This document shows positions 1 to 16,205 of a stretch of DNA of 64,000 nucleotides, piece after piece. Under the pieces are notes generated by a model that searched no databases, had not been told where the DNA came from, and was given only the letters and a program-made list of their open reading frames with translations. The stretch is taken from NCBI RefSeq assembly GCF_009914755.1, contig NC_060932.1; one strand, written 5' to 3'. The stretch comes from the human T2T-CHM13v2.0 reference genome, Homo sapiens. Within the stretch, counting starts at the first letter, position 1; each line of letters starts with the position of its first letter. Made by a program: the position numbers and the translations under genes.

Positions 1-109
1 TAATCTTCACACCAATCCTGATTTGTATTCTCCCATTTTACATAAGAAAAACTGCAGGTAAGAAGTTAAGGCAACTACAGGTAAGAAGTTAAGAAACACT
101 TTTACAACT

Positions 110-655
110 CCAAACAGAAACTCTGTAACCTTTTAGCAGTTATTCCCCATTCCACCTTTCCTTCAGCCCATGGTAACCTTTAATCTACTTTCTGCCTCTA
201 TGAATTTCTCTATTTTAGATATTTCATATAAGTGGAGTCATACAATATTTGTCCTTTTGTGTTTGGCTTGTTTATTTGGCTTGTTTTCAAGGTTCATCCA
301 CGTAGTAGCTAGCAGGTGCCAGAACTTCATTCCTTTTTATGGCTGTATTATGATATTCCTTTGTATGCACATACCATATTTTGTTTATCCATTCATCTGT
401 TGATGGACCCGTAGGGTTTTTTCCCCCTTTTGGCTATTGTGAATAATGCTGCTTTCAATTCTTTGGCTAGCTAGGAGTGGAATTGTAGAGTCATATGGTA
501 GTGTTTACTTTTTGAGGGACTACCAAACTATTTCCCTATGGCTGAATTATTTTTAATTCCCACCAGCAACGTATGAGGGTTCCACTTTCTCCACTTCCTT
601 CCCAACACCATCATACTATTTGTTAATATCTAATGGTATCTTATTGTGGTTTTGT
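110..655 (-). mobile_element. Old L1 (L1M) 3' fragment
   Basis: Typical antisense L1M 3' phrases (catataagtggagtcatacaata; ttggctattgtgaataatgctgct; cccaccagcaacgtatgagggttcc). Confidence 0.8.
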
Positions 656-1914
656 GTAAATGAACTTATACATTTATAGCCGTTGCTGAGAATTTTGGTT
701 ACAATGAATAGAAACCATTCACGTCATCTTTCTATAACATTGAAGTTGGATCCTTTCTGTCTTTTTATTTTCCCTAATTTTGTGCATGTAAAATCACTTT
801 CGGATGTTTACTACCACTCCCCTGGTTTCCCCCAATCACTAGTGTTCTAGCTCTTGTCCTAGCTTAGAGAGCCAGGTCATCTAGGAAGAGACTCAGGAAC
901 AGGGAAGAAACTATAGATGGAGCAATTTTGTGCAATAGGGAGATGCATGTGGTATATAAAAGAAGGCAAGGTAGCAGTGTACATAAGGAGTTATATGGCT
1001 ATAAAGGAATGTAAAAATTATGTAAGGGAAAGAAAACATGGGCGTATGGATGGAAAAGTAATGGAGGAAATGATAGCAGCAAAGCAGGTACACTCTGAAT
1101 ATCAGCCAACACTGGAGGAGCCATGCTTCAAAGTCATCATGTCTCTGACTTGTGGCTTCATTATCGAGAGAAAATAGATTTGGATTCCCTAAACCCCATT
1201 TGAGGTAGGGTGATCATGCCCCCTCTTTTTTTCTCTAGGGCAGAGAGGTAGCTCCTGCAACCCTGATAAGGATGGGAAATCCACTTCCCCAGCCCGCCTT
1301 GAACTGCCACAGTAGATCAGACATAATTACACAGTACATTGGCCCAGTGGATCTGGTAAAACTAGCCTGTGAGATTTAGGAAACCTGAAGTTTCACTCAA
1401 AAGGAAAAAAAAAATCATGTTTTTTTTTTCCCCAAGGAGTTGCTCTTTATTAAAATCTTAGATCCTATATTTGATTGGTTATCCCTGAGCAACAGCAAAA
1501 GTGACCCCATGATGGGAGAGCATATTTCACTGTCTCTGTGACACCAGATTTAACTTTCAAAAGAAATTACACACCAGAAGCTTGAAAATATGCATGCCAT
1601 TTCACCTTCTGTAATTTATATCAAGAAAAAAAATCAAAGCAATGTGCCAATATTTATGTGCATATTATGCAAGATGATTACTACAAAGTTGTCTATCAAA
1701 AAATTGACAGCCATCTAAATGTCCAACAGAAAGAGATTTGTTAAATAAATTATGGCTTACCCATTTACTAGAATACTATTTTGTCATTAAATTGTAAATT
1801 GTCATTGTAAGTATAAATTTTCATTACATTGTAGAAATTATTAATTCACATGAAAGAATATTCACAAATTATTGACAAAAGAAGTGAATTACAGAAGAAT
1901 AAGGTCTCAATTTG

Positions 1915-2055
1915 TAATTATCTATATATTTTTTATCAATCTGTATATCTCTCTATATATCTATCTGTATCTATATATCTACCTCTGTATCTTCAACTGT
2001 CTCTCTATCTCTATATATCCATACATATATGTCTGGAAGATTATATATCAATATC
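1915..2055. repeat. Degenerate (TATC/TA)n low-complexity tract
   Basis: Repeated tatc/tatatc units. Confidence 0.7.
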
Positions 2056-3012
2056 TCAATAGTGGTCTTTGGACAGAAGGATTAAGGGTGATCTTTATTC
2101 ATTCTTAAGCATTATTTGTATTTTCTAATTTTCATACAATAAACTCACACTCTTCACCCATACTTCCTGGAAAATATCAGATGGTGGCAACTTCACAATT
2201 CTGGTAATAAAGAGGGCTCCTTCCCCTGCACAAATGCAGAATCATACCCCCCTATCTTCACATATTCAGAACAGTAACATGACATTCTGGGAGTCCTTTA
2301 AAAAAAAGTATTCTAAATTCTCCTTAGAGAAGACCAGCAAGATACAATTCTACGAGGCAGCAAATGCTGATGTGAGACTAGAGATGAAGATGGTTCAGCA
2401 ATGACGCATCTTACTGGTTTGGTCACAGAAAGGAGCATGTTGCCAGTTCCCGCTGTCGGGATGCCTTTTGTGTTCTGCATCTTTTTTTTAGCTCGGGGAT
2501 TATCAGGGCAATGTTTCCATGCCAGAGCATTCAGTGCAACAATGCCCACCTAAATTCAGAGCTCAGTGTGATTACTACCAGCTTTTAACAACTTTGCTAG
2601 ATAAGAATTTATCTCTTGCCAACAGAATTTGTTCTTATGGTTGACTTATTCATTCAGGAAGTAAGCAAATAATGCTGTGGTGACTTTAATGCCCTACAAA
2701 GGCATTTGCTCAGGGTTAATTTGAGTAGGGTATAATCTTTCAGTTGCTTTGTCAATAAAACATCCCAATTTTATTTTCCACACTGACATTTTACATACTT
2801 GGCTCCCATAGTTTATAGGCATCATGGGGACTCACAGGACCAGATGATCTAACACCAATTATGCTGTCAATAATGCTCTGTGCTAAGGATGGAACTCAAT
2901 ATTCCTTAGTTCATCTATACATTCATTTTTAAGATATAAATAAAATAATAATACTGTATTTTCAAATTGTTATACTACAGAGTGAAATACAGATTTTTAA
3001 AAATTAACGAAT

Positions 3013-3176
3013 TTCTTTTAGAGATGGGGTCTTGCTATGTCACCCATGCTGGAGTGCAGTAGCTAGTCACAGGCATGTTCCTGCCTCAGTACAGCCTCAA
3101 ACTCCTGGGACCAAGTGATCCTCCTGCCTTAGCCTTCTGAGTAGCTGGGACTACAGCCGCACACCACCATGCCTGG
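3013..3176 (-). mobile_element. FAM-like fossil Alu monomer
   Basis: Monomer retaining the 7SL-like segment gcagtagctagtcacaggcatg..tacagcctcaaactcctggg. Confidence 0.7.
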
Positions 3177-3362
3177 ATCAACAGTTAATTTTTGAAGTTA
3201 CTTCTGAAACATTGTCCCGTGACAGGCAAGGCTGAGCAGTTGTTCCACCCCTAAGTCTGTTTCTCTGGAGACTCCCACTAACAAGATCCTGAAAGAAATT
3301 AGAAAAGATCTAAAAAGCATTGGGTCACAGATCGAGAAAGATGTTTAAAAATTGAAACCACA

Positions 3363-3658
<296 letters not shown>

Positions 3659-3906
3659 CAAGTGAAAAATTGAAACCATGCACAAAGAATTGGGTTATTT
3701 ACTCAGTCAGGTTAAGAGTATGCAAGAATATCTTCAACCCAGTAAATAGAAAATCAATTGAATTACTTTTTTCAGGTAGAGGGATTTGGGAAATCCCTTA
3801 GCAATATCTTTTAAGTGGGTTCTTGAAGGTTCCTATAACCTAGTTTTCATCTAAACCTGAAACAACTTTCTCATTTTCTCTTAAAAGTATCTCTTCTAAA
3901 AGACAA

Positions 3907-4233
3907 TTTTTTTTTCTTTTCTTTCCTTCTTTCTTTCTTTCTTTTTTTTTTTTGATAGAGTCTCACTCTGTTGCCCAGGCTGAAGTACAATGGCATGATC
4001 TTGGCTCACTGCAACCTCTGCATTCCGGGTTCAAGCAATTCTTCTGCTCAGCCTTCCGAGTAGCTGTTACTACAGGTGTGTGCCACCACTACCTGGCTAG
4101 TTTTTGTATTTTTAGTAGAGACAAGGTTTCACCATGTTGGCCAGGCTGGTATCGAACTCCTGACCTCAAGTAATCCACCTGCCTCGGCCTTCCAAAATGC
4201 TGGGATTACAGTCATGAGCCACTGTGCCTGGCC
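3907..4233 (-). mobile_element. Alu (S family)
   Basis: Poly-T/tttc head, antisense Alu body. Confidence 0.95.
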
Positions 4234-5146
4234 AGACAATATTTCTATTTAATAGATTCAACAAACATTTGTTGGATATGAACTCTGCATCTCGTCTTTT
4301 ATATGTGGTCCCTCAAAATATTCTGTAAAAAACAATGTTGCTCCAGAATACCTCAAAAAGTATCACCAATTTGCAAGTAGGAAAGTGATGTTCAGAACGC
4401 ACTAACCTTTAAAACTGGTCAGCCTTTGCACTAACCAGTTTTTCCTCCTCCCATCTTGTCCAACTCTTATCTATCCTTTTCTTTGCTGGTCATATTACTT
4501 TAAGTGGACTTGTTCCATAAATACAGGTTAGGAAATGGAAGATTTTATAAGTTAATAATAATAAAAAATCCAGTGCATTGTCTATGTAAGCCTTGCATTC
4601 TGATTTTATAATTCTGGTTGACATTGTTTATATTATTCCCATAAGTCGGCTTCTTTTTCCTTCCCCTAAGAACAACAAAATTTCACTCAGAACAAAAACA
4701 AAACAAGCTTGTCTTATTGACAAATGAATTGTCTGTATCAGTGAACAAATGTTTATTGAGTAGCTACTATATGTAAAGCAGTTAGAATATGATAATAAAA
4801 TGATGAAGTCCCTGACCTCATGGGAATCTCAAACGTCAATTAGTAATTATTAGTGTGATACATGCTGGGAAGCAGAGTAACATAGGAACATCTATTGCTT
4901 TCTTTTTTTCTTTTTTTTTTAATAGCTCACCCTAAAAGTTAATGTTTCTATTTTTGCTTATGTGCATCAAATGAATTATTAAGAAATATATAATGGATTT
5001 ATATAAAGAGTACAAAGTATGTGCAGACAATACAAAGGCAACAGCTTGAGGCAGGAAGAATATATTACATTTCAGGAACTGTGATCTTGGAATCTCTCTG
5101 TCCATATTATCTATTCTTTCAATGCTAGCAGCCCGTTGCCTGTTTA

Positions 5147-5463
5147 ATTTTTTCTTTTCTTTTCTTTTTCTTTTTCTTTTGAAACAGAGTTTGGCTCTTG
5201 TTGCCCAAGCTAGAGTGTAATGGCGTGATCTTGGCTCACTGCAACCTCTGCCTCCTGAGTTCAAGCAATTCTGCTGCCTCAGCCTCCTGAGTAGCTGGAA
5301 TTACTGGCGCCCACCAGCATGCCCAGCTAATTTTTGTATTTTTAGTAGAGACGCGGTTTTACCATGTTGGCCAGGCTGGTCTCGAACTCCTGACCTCAGG
5401 TGATCTGCTCGCCTTGGCCTTCCAAAGTGCTGGGATTACAGGTGTGAGCCACCACACCTGGCC
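5147..5463 (-). mobile_element. Alu (S family)
   Basis: Full antisense dimer. Confidence 0.95.
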
Positions 5464-6301
5464 TTGTTTCATTTTTTCCTGTTAGTTAATTGTCTCTGTA
5501 TGGATTTAGTAGAGATCTATGACATTTCTAGTATGACATTGCCATCTTGATCAAATCTACTTATAAGTACTTTTCTTGCCTCAGCGGAGCAAGAGATTTG
5601 CCATCTTTCTTTACATGCTGATTCCTCCATTACCATTTAATCTATTTCTTAGTATGTTTTTCTGACTATACTGTCGAGTTTAACCTGCCTAGGTAAACAC
5701 AGAATTACACAACATCCCGAGGTTTGTAAACTTAAATCTGTCATTTCTGGCCTTGTTAACAGGTGTGGCTTATGAAACTGTGCTCGTTAATTTTATTTTA
5801 TTAGATTACACGGTTCTTGAGGGTAGAGATCATCTCATGAAACGTTTATAAACTTGATAACATAAAATATAGTGGAAATGCCCTCAAGTCCTTTGAAGTC
5901 ATTTAGTAATATTTTGTTCCAGGAAGAAAGAGGTGTTATTGTTTCTGCTCCAAAAATGACCAGAGATAAGTGATTTAATTTCAATTTTTAAAATCAGGCA
6001 GGTATCTATAATTCTCATGTACTTTCTGTACCATAGAATAAATATGAGTGCTTACAAAATGCTGCAATATCTGAGGTCACTTACGAGCATATTGTATTTC
6101 TAACGGCTAGTGACATACATATTTATGCTCATTGCTTTTAGACATATTAAGCAATCAAATATATACTCTTTATTGACTTATTGCTCATCTACAGTTTTGC
6201 TGTTTAGACGCAAAACACATTTTTCTTCAAAATTTTAGAACATTATGACAACTTAGGAAAAATTAAACATAATTTGGCTCTAAGAAAGAGTACTATGTTT
6301 T

Positions 6302-6593
6302 AATTATTTATTTTTGAGACTGAGTCTTGCTCTTTCGCTCAGGCTGGAGTGCAGTCACCCGATCTTTGCTCATTGCAACCTCTGCCTCCCAGGTTCAAGT
6401 GATTCTCCTTCCTCAGCCTCCTGAGTAGCTGGGATTACAGGCACGTGCCACCACATCCAGCTAATTTTTGTAATTTTAGTGGAGACGGGGTTTCACCATG
6501 TTGGCCAGGCTAATCTCGAACTCCTGACCTCAAGTGATCCACGCACCTCGGCCTCCCAAAGTGCTGGGATTACAGGCATGAGCCACTGTGCCT
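6302..6593 (-). mobile_element. Alu (S family)
   Basis: Full antisense dimer. Confidence 0.95.
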
Positions 6594-6689
6594 GTTTTAA
6601 TAATTTATGTATACATATATATCTTTAAAGTGTATCTTGAAAGAAAGTTTATTTGGCAGTTAAGGGTTCAACCACCACCTCCACAAATA

Positions 6690-7125
6690 TTGGAATTCTC
6701 ATTCTGGCTTTGCTACTACTCTCCAGCTATGTGGCCTTCTACAGAAGCAGCTAGAGCTCTCTGAACCTCAATTTTCTCATCTGTAAAATAAGGATAATAA
6801 TTGTACGTAATTCACAGGGTTGATGTGATGATGAAATAAGATATGATTTCTAGTTAAGTCTAAACAAATATTGCTTGATTTCATTTAGGTATTTATTTAG
6901 AAAACACTACCCAATGTGCAGTCACAGTTCTAAGTCTTTGTAAATATTAACTAATTTTTTCATTTAATACTTCAATCTTCATAACCTTGTAAGGTAGGCA
7001 ATTTTATTACATCTATTTTATAGATGAGGAAACCAAGGGGCTGAGAGGTTAAGATAACTATTTGAGGTTAAAAGACAATACCAGAGCCAGGCTAGCAACC
7101 TGAGCCATTAGGCTCAATAATTCAT
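6690..7125. mobile_element. Two MIR fragments in opposite orientation
   Basis: MIR core ctctgaacctcaattttctcatctgtaaaataaggataata (+) and attttatagatgaggaaacc..agaggttaag (-). Confidence 0.7.
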
Positions 7126-7130
7126 ACTCA

Positions 7131-7428
<298 letters not shown>

Positions 7429-8121
7429 AATAATTCATATTCTTAAACAATGCTCCTTGTTTTATTTGTATATTAATTCAACCAAGGTATTTAACTCCTA
7501 CCATGTGTCAGGAAATGTCCTAGGCACTTGGATTATAAAGATAAAGACGTCTCCACCCTTGACAAGATCATAGTTTAGTGGTAAAAAAAAAAACTGTGAA
7601 CAAATAACTATAATACAATGTAGAAGACATGTGCAGTGGGCTATGTAAGCACAGTGGAGAGAAAGTTTATTGGAAGTTCTAACCTCCACATTTGAGGGAC
7701 TGTGGGAGAGGTACACATGGACACACACATTGCATATACCCAATAACTTAAACATTATAAATCAACTCTTATACAGCTACTTTTATAATGACAAAATTAA
7801 AAGTACATGTAAAGTTATGTTTTTTAATGACCAAAAGTCAGTACAATGTCAAATACAACTGATTTAAATATTCGTGGATAAATCTGTGTATTCAATTGAA
7901 TATTTGGTAATGTTTAGATGAGTAATAAAATAAAATAATTCATAAATAAAGTTTATTTCACATATATATTTTTCTGGCCTTAATTTTAGCAAAATAGTGA
8001 ATTATAATTTATAATCGAGATTTTTACATAATTTGTATACTGTTGACAGTAATAATGTAAATACCTAACATATACTTGTGTTCACAATGCATATAATTTT
8101 AACATTTTAAAATCAAATTGT

Positions 8122-8425
8122 GCCAGGTGTGGTGGCTCACACCTATAATCGCAGCACTTTGGAAGGCCGAGGAGGGCAGATCACTTGAGGTCAGGAGTTC
8201 GAGACCAGCCTGGCCAACATGGTGAAACCCTGTTTCAACTAAAAATACAAAAATAAGCTGGACCTGGTGGTGCATACCTGTTATCCCAGCTACTCAGGAG
8301 GCTGAGGCACGAGACTTGCTTGAACGTGGGAGACAGAGGTTGCAGTGAGCCAAGATCATGCCAGTGGAACCCAGCCTGGGCAACAGAGACTTTGTCTCAA
8401 TAAATAAATAAAGTAAAATAAAACA
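8122..8425 (+). mobile_element. Alu (S family)
   Basis: Full sense dimer with aaat tail. Confidence 0.95.
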
Positions 8426-11400
8426 ATACACATAATTAAAAATTTGTCATTTTCATTTTTTTAAAAAAATTTATTTTTATATCATCTATTAAAAATAAAA
8501 TGTATGATATAAAAGTATTAAATAAGAAATTTTAAAAAATTAGTTAAACCTGAAATTTATAATTCAATTTTTTGAAAATTTAATTACTTAGTATTTTTAT
8601 AAAAATAAAACAATTCCCAATTCTAGCAATCAGTGTCCATCTAGTTGCCAATTGGATTGATGTGTCACACATGTTACATCTAGACCAACTTACATGAACA
8701 TTTAAGAGGAATATGAATTGCTTAAAATTTCAAAATGTTCCTCAGCTGCCATATGCAACTGCTATGAATACTCATTGATTTGTGAGTATCTCTGGAACCA
8801 TAAATTTGAGCACATAGACAAGGAAATGTGTACTTGGCTCTCTCTTCTGAGAACTGGAAATAACAGTTTATTTTGTAAGAATCTATTGCACATATGCTGT
8901 TTGAAGAAAATGATTACTGTGGCCTCTCTCTTGCCTACGTGCTATTACTGCTCAAATCCTCCCCATACTCTGCAGCAGTCTCCATCTCCAGTATTAGCAG
9001 TGGCAGAACCCACAAAACCTTGCCTTGTTCAGACACAGTGGACTTTTGTTTCAAGGACATAGGACTAAAGACTTGGAGAGAGGTATTTCCTTGGGCCCTG
9101 AATCATTTTAGTCATGACAACAGATATTTAGGGTTTGGGGTTCTGCTGTGCCAGTCTGAGCATCAGCTCCAAAAAGACAGTTATGTTTATATGTTCCTCA
9201 AGAAATTTATTTTTGTTTGTTTATGATGTGTGAGGTCCTCTGAAGTGCAGGGTTTAGCCCCGGTCTCCTTCTTGTTTAGGTCTAAGGGTCTGTGTAATTA
9301 TTTCTTATGGGACCAAAGAATTTTTTAGAATGAGACAGATATTTGGTTGCGTCTTGAAGAAGATATAGCACCGTGAGACATGTTACTGACTGTGCAAAGG
9401 CACTGAGGTATGTAGTGATGTAATCTGTTAAGGGAACTGCAGACACATCTGTGTGGCTGGAGCACAGGTTGCTCTTGGAGTAGTGCGAGGTGAAGCAGGA
9501 GAGATAAGTTAGGACACATCCCGGAGGTCTCAAGAGCCATTTTAAGGAACTCGGAGTTTATCCTAAATCAAAGAGGAACCTAAAGGGTTTTATACAGGGA
9601 AATAGTTGATTATTTTGAACCCTGAATGGGGGAGTATAGTTAAGAGAAGGGCAACCATAGAGGCAGAGGCACCAATTAGGGTGGTGATTATCCCTGCAAG
9701 AAGCAAGGATGACTTTAATAATGATGAGTTAGTAGACTTGGAAATGATGAGGGAAGTTAAGAGGGATCCGGGATAAGTTGAGAGGCTGGGTGTCTGCGTG
9801 AGGGTGGCACATTTTAGTTGTTTAATAAATGTTTGGGTGAAGTTTGCTCGTTTCCAGTGCCTCCAGCATTTTAACTACACTATCACATACCCTTAACTGT
9901 GGTTGATTTGCATACATTGTTTCAATACTTTGAATTGCAAAGTGGGTACATTCTTACCACTAAGAAAAGATTCATTCCAACAGAGTGGTGCCACAAAGTT
10001 CTCAGTGAAGCTGGTCTGTTACTGTTACAGAGCTGTGTTCATTCCCATTATGAGCTCCTTGGGTCCAAGTTCATCTCATGGGTCCGTCAGGTCATAGATA
10101 ACTGTGATATAATGTACAATGCTCATCAACAAGTTTTCTGTACACAGAAAAAACCTGCCATTCAGTTACCTTTCATAAGATTCTTTGTCCACATTGCCCA
10201 GTGGGAAACATTTGGAATCCTTTTCAAATTTTCCAAATAGATTATAACTTCACAGAATGTTTCCTTTGTTCTTTAAAGTGCTGAATCATTTATTTTAAAA
10301 TCAGGTTTAACCTAACGCAACTTTAGTTTTGGTTTGCTCTATTTGATTTCAAGTAACCTTTCAAAACAGGTCGGGGGCAGATTTATAATAAATGTAGCTT
10401 GAACTTGGCTTGGAAATCTGATAATGGCAGGCAAAGGGACTATGTTGTTCTTATATCTCTTTTTAAAAGCCCTCTTTATTTGCGCCTTTTCATAGCTGGG
10501 TCGACTACACTGCTTGATGCAAACTCAATCCAAAATATAACCTGAGCTTAAACAAAGGGATATGAGAAGTCTGCCCTAAAAACTAGGAACTCCACACCTA
10601 CCCAACCCTCCTACTGCTATTGACCATGTGATCTGGTTCTAATAACTGCTTCTGTCCAATTCTGTGTATCTGAGTCCAGGAACTGTTAACCAAGGTTGTC
10701 TAAAATATGGACAATAACACACTTTTATCTATTTTTTTTTAAATACAGAAATTGAAGTCTGTTTCCTCAATCCCAGCTTTGGGACTGGGACTCTTGATTG
10801 TGTGTCTACATTCTGGATTATCAAGCTGGTCCTGGCTTTTTTTCCAGGGCACACCATTATCTTGTGTCTGAATTTTTAGCATGGACTTACTACTTTTTGT
10901 CTGTTGCATTATCTTTTACGTATTTTAGTTTGTACGACAAGATGGTTTTTCTTCAATGACATCTATTCTTCTTAAGTTAGGCCTGTTCTTTTCGCGTATT
11001 CCTCATCCCAGGAGAAACGGCCCACAGCAGCTTTCAAACCCTTCTATAGCATTTCAATTTGTCGAGCAGATTGATTGTATCCCGGAAGAGAGGCAAATTT
11101 GTAGCTCATATACCAGTAGAAAAACCTTGCTGGATAAATAGCAACAGGAAGTCGAAGTTAAATCATTATTCCTCTGCCTTCCTAGCATTTGGTTGTGTAC
11201 ATATTATAGTATGCATTTAATTCCAATTTGACTTACAGTTATTTAAGTCTCCCCCAATAGGATTGTAAGGTCCTTTGTGACAGGGTCTATTCTTATTCAT
11301 TGCTGTATGCCTTGCAGCATGAGGGTAGTGCTTTCTAGGTGGTAAATGCATAGTAAATGGTTGAAAAAATAAAGACATATAATAAAATTAGAATGTGTAA

Positions 11401-11613
11401 GATTCTCATTAATAGGATCAGTGTCTTATTCATTTACCTGCTATATATTAATGTAATGCTTTCCATATGGTGAAATACCTAGTAAATGTTTGAATAGTAA
11501 AGATAGAATTAGAGTATCACTTTTCTAATGTATATTTACTCTTAAATTTTTTTCCTGCATAGAAATCAGCTGTCATATTGGCTTTTTGTGCTTGATTTTT
11601 CACACAACGTATT

Positions 11614-11912
<299 letters not shown>

Positions 11913-12105
11913 CGTATTATTATTTTTTATGGTGAGAACAGCTACATCTCTGTTCAAGTCAAATACATTGAGTGCCCACTGTATGCTTTAACTTCTCAAG
12001 TTCTTCAAGAGATACAAACATGAGTGATAAGATGAATCACTGCCTTCCTTATTTTTTTCCTCTCATCTGCTCTTTTTGCATTCTCTTGTCTGAAAGAAGA
12101 GATAT

Positions 12106-12223
12106 AGCTATTTGGGAAGTAGAGGCAGGAGAATCTCTTGAACCCAGATTTGATGCTGCAGTGAGCTATGATCACACCACTGCATTCCAGCCTGGGTGAC
12201 AGAGTGAGACCCTATCTCTAAAA
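12106..12223 (+). mobile_element. 5'-truncated old Alu right arm
   Basis: agctatttgggaagtagaggcaggagaat...gagtgagaccctatctct. Confidence 0.85.
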
Positions 12224-12721
12224 GAAGATAGGGTCTTTTTATATGTTTATCATATGCCTTATAATAGCTAGATCAACTACACTGCTTGATGCAAATTCAA
12301 TCCTGCTGGTCTCCAAAACAAGAAAAAAAGAAGAGAGAAATCAAGTGCGTGAAAATTATGAAACCTGACAAAGGGGAAGAGCTTGGGGAGATGCTCATCT
12401 GATGTTCTGGGGGGAGCGCTATGCTGGGAAAGGCTTGTATCCAGCTGTGGGAACCTTCTAGAGGAGTGGCATTTGAAATCAACATGAAAATATGGCCAGG
12501 ATTTTGACTGAAGAAGTAGGAGACCATTGGAGAAGAGAAGAACGTGAATAGAGACAGAGAAGCAAGATATGTCTAGAGAATGTCAAATGGGTTTGTTAGG
12601 CTTAATGTACAAATAACAAACAAGTGGGAGGTAAGTCTTACAAAGTCAAGGTAGATGGAAGACATATTATGAACTTTAGGGAATCTGTACTTAACTTGGG
12701 AAGACAGTGGAGAGCCATAAC

Positions 12722-12778
12722 CGTGTGTGCGTGCGTGCATGAAAATGTGTGTGTACGTGTGTGTGTTTGTGTGTGTGT
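12722..12778. repeat. Imperfect (GT)n microsatellite
   Basis: gtgtgt runs with interruptions. Confidence 0.8.
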
Positions 12779-13017
12779 AAGGAGATAAAGAGAAAGATGG
12801 GGGTAAGGGGAGGGCTGCAAACCATAGCAGGTTACTAAAATCACTTGAGTATCTTTGAGAAAGATACTCAATCAGCCCAGATCTCTAGAGTGAGAATATT
12901 AAGGTGACTTCGAAAACTGTACTTAACAAAACCCCCAAAATTCCTCAGGTAATTTTTATTTCCCAGGTTTGGGAGTCAGTTGTGGATTATAGATTACTGG
13001 CCAGGAAATTCTGTTCA

Positions 13018-13272
<255 letters not shown>

Positions 13273-16205
13273 TCACACATTGTGTAATTACTGGAAATAT
13301 AGAAAGGAAGACAACACGCACCATCACTGATCTCATAGAGTTTACAGCCTAGCAGGATTAACCAATGCTAAATGAGTAATTACACAAATTATAACTGTAC
13401 TAAGTACTATTGAGGAGAAGCACAGGGTACTGTGAGAAAACATAATGATGGGCCTGACAACTCTGGTTAGGGGAGATGACCCTGAGGAGGTAAAATTTTT
13501 ATCAAAAGCTCAGGGGCTCAGTTAGGTGAAAGATTTGAGAGTCACTGTAAGTAATTCAGAGTGAAATAATGACTTGAAATAGGGACGAGAATGAAGGGGG
13601 AGATGGATGAGCTTCTGTTTCTGTTTGCTTTGTCCAGTAAAATTAAGGGGAAAAATATGTCAAGGAAAATCATCAGAAAGTAAAGCAAAATGTGAGCTAT
13701 CCTTTTGGCAGAACTATGGATTTCCCAAGTTTTTAATAAAATTGGTGCCATTTCCCAAGCACTTAATGCTTGGCTTGGGGCTGTGGTCTCTGGAATTGAG
13801 TCTTTGTTAACTTCTCCTTCAGTGCAACAGAAAATTATATTTCTGCTGAAATAAGGAATTTAAAGTTTATATACCCTTCTTGAACATTGCCAATGTACAA
13901 AAATACAAAAAAAAAATCGTTTCCCAATTTTAGAAAGAAAATAAATTCCTGAGAGATCTCTCAACTCTAAAATACTTCTCTAGGTACGACTTCTCTCTTT
14001 ATCTATCATTGAATCTTAGCTATCTAAGGAAGCAATAAATGTTTCCAGGAACTTCCATTTATATTCTTTTACATGTTATTTAAGCTGCAGAGCTTTCTGA
14101 GACTCTTCATTTCTGCAGAAGTAACAAATGCTGCTGTTTAATCCGTGTTCCACCTGAAAGCTTAGATTTCTTTTTGAGTTGATTTTCTGACTAACACAGT
14201 TAATTTTCTGATTAGTATAGGGATTTATTTTCCTGGAAATGGCTTAATGATTAGCTCTAGTATTTACAAAATAAAAATAACTTCCTGACGTGCTATTCAG
14301 TTCATATGGTGGGTGGAAGGAAATGGCTGTTTTTGATATTCAATTGACATACTAGGGTTCTACCATTAGAAATTTCAGGGAAAATTCAGATTTTAGAATT
14401 GGAAGTGTCTTTCTCAAATGAGCCCAGTTCTAAACTTTACCTAGATTCACCAAACTTTACTCCTAGCCCAGTCTTTTTCCTCTCTCATCTTTAAAGAAGT
14501 GGTAACCCTTTTTAAAGTTTCCACTTGGTTCACAATGGCCCCTAAGCTGCATCTGCTCCTGCAGCCTATAGCCTATCTTCCTAAATGTCAGTGAATTCAG
14601 TGGGATCTCCACCCCATTTCCAACTACAGTTGATAGGACCATAGCTGGGTCCCATCCAAGCCAGCTGGGGTCCTTTTCCTGGGAATATGGAACTGGGACT
14701 AGAAATACATCTGTTTCTTCATGTGGTAGGTATCATCATTCCTGTAAAAGAAAAACGTAGGAAGTAGCTTGTGACATACGAAGTTTAGTCCAAGAACACT
14801 GCTCTTGATAATAGAAAAAAAGAGGAGGATAATGATAAGAAAAATATTACGTTTGAAAAATTAGAAGGAAGGGGTCACATCGAGCTCAGTGGTGACATTG
14901 ATTAGGGCCATGTTTTATGGATTTCCACCATGCCAAGCAGCCCCTGAGCTACAAGAAGCTCCTGCTGCCTCATCATCTCTGTGCACAGTGGGGCTGGTGG
15001 GAACTAGCTTTGAGAGGGCATCATGAACCATGTTTTGAATAGTTTGAGATGTTCTTGTGACATCTAGATGGAAATATCAAATAGGCATTGGATGTGGGCA
15101 TTTGAAACAGTCTTGGATAAAAATGTAAATTTAAGATCATAAACCTAATAAAAGTTTACATAGCCTTTGAAGCCAAAGTTATGGATAAGCGAACCTTATT
15201 ATAGCAAGTTTAAAATTTTGCCACTTAACTCTTTTTTTCTTACATTGAACCTATCGTTTTTTGTTACATGATTTTTTATAATAAGACTTCTTCTGGAACA
15301 CACCCTTTGTATTAATAGTGAACAGATGGTACCAATTTATGCTCTTCTCAACAACGTATGACAGTTCTTATTTCTTTGCATCATTGATAGCACTGTGTAT
15401 TATTTAAAAATCTTTACTGATTTAAAGAATGTAAAGATTGATAGAACATTATTTTAATCTGTACTTCTTTGATTATTAAGTTGGGTCATTTAAAAATGTA
15501 TTTATTTATGATTTGTATTTCTTCTTTACTAAATTGCCTCTTTATGTCTTCTTGACATTTTCTCTTGGAAATTCAATTTTTATGTTAAAACTTGTGAAAG
15601 CTTTTTACATAGCGAGGACATTGTTCCTGTGGATGCCATTTATATTGAAACATTATTCCCGGTTGTCATTTTCCTTTTTATTAAATTTTTTTATTGTTGC
15701 TGCTTTTACCAACATATTTAATTTTTCACAGTTCAATCCATTATTCTGCCATTTCCTGGGTTTGCCTTTGGTGTCTTTGAATAAAATTCTCCTACCAGAT
15801 ATTATTTAAATATTTATGTATTTTCTAGCATATTAATGATTTCATTGAAAAATTTAACCTATCTTGGATATATTTTGATATATGAGTGAGATCAGGTTCT
15901 AACTATTTTTTTAAGTAGCTAAATGTTATTTTAGCACAGTGTGATTCTGTTGTGAATGTTTGCTTCTGCTGGCAATTTAGATCATCTAATAACATAGTAG
16001 AAGGTAACATACCTAAATAGCATAACATGCTTCTACCTGTAAGGGGTATTAAAATGTTTATTAATGACTTGGGAAAGATATACTCTAGTTTTTGAGAGAA
16101 AAATAAAGCCATTTAAAGTTTGTTCCTCTATAACATAAATGCTATTTCTGTCTTCTCATAGTTAGGGGATTAGCATCCAAGATGCCATTGTGAGAAAACT
16201 CTAGT

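Noticed and set aside
55-93. caggtaagaagttaag repeated twice, resembling splice donors
   Set aside because: A small duplication within MIR-like sequence at the window edge, with no exon support.
10510-10540. LLDANSIQN resembling CA exon 5 (VLDALQAIK)
   Set aside because: Weak similarity with no flanking homology or splice sites.
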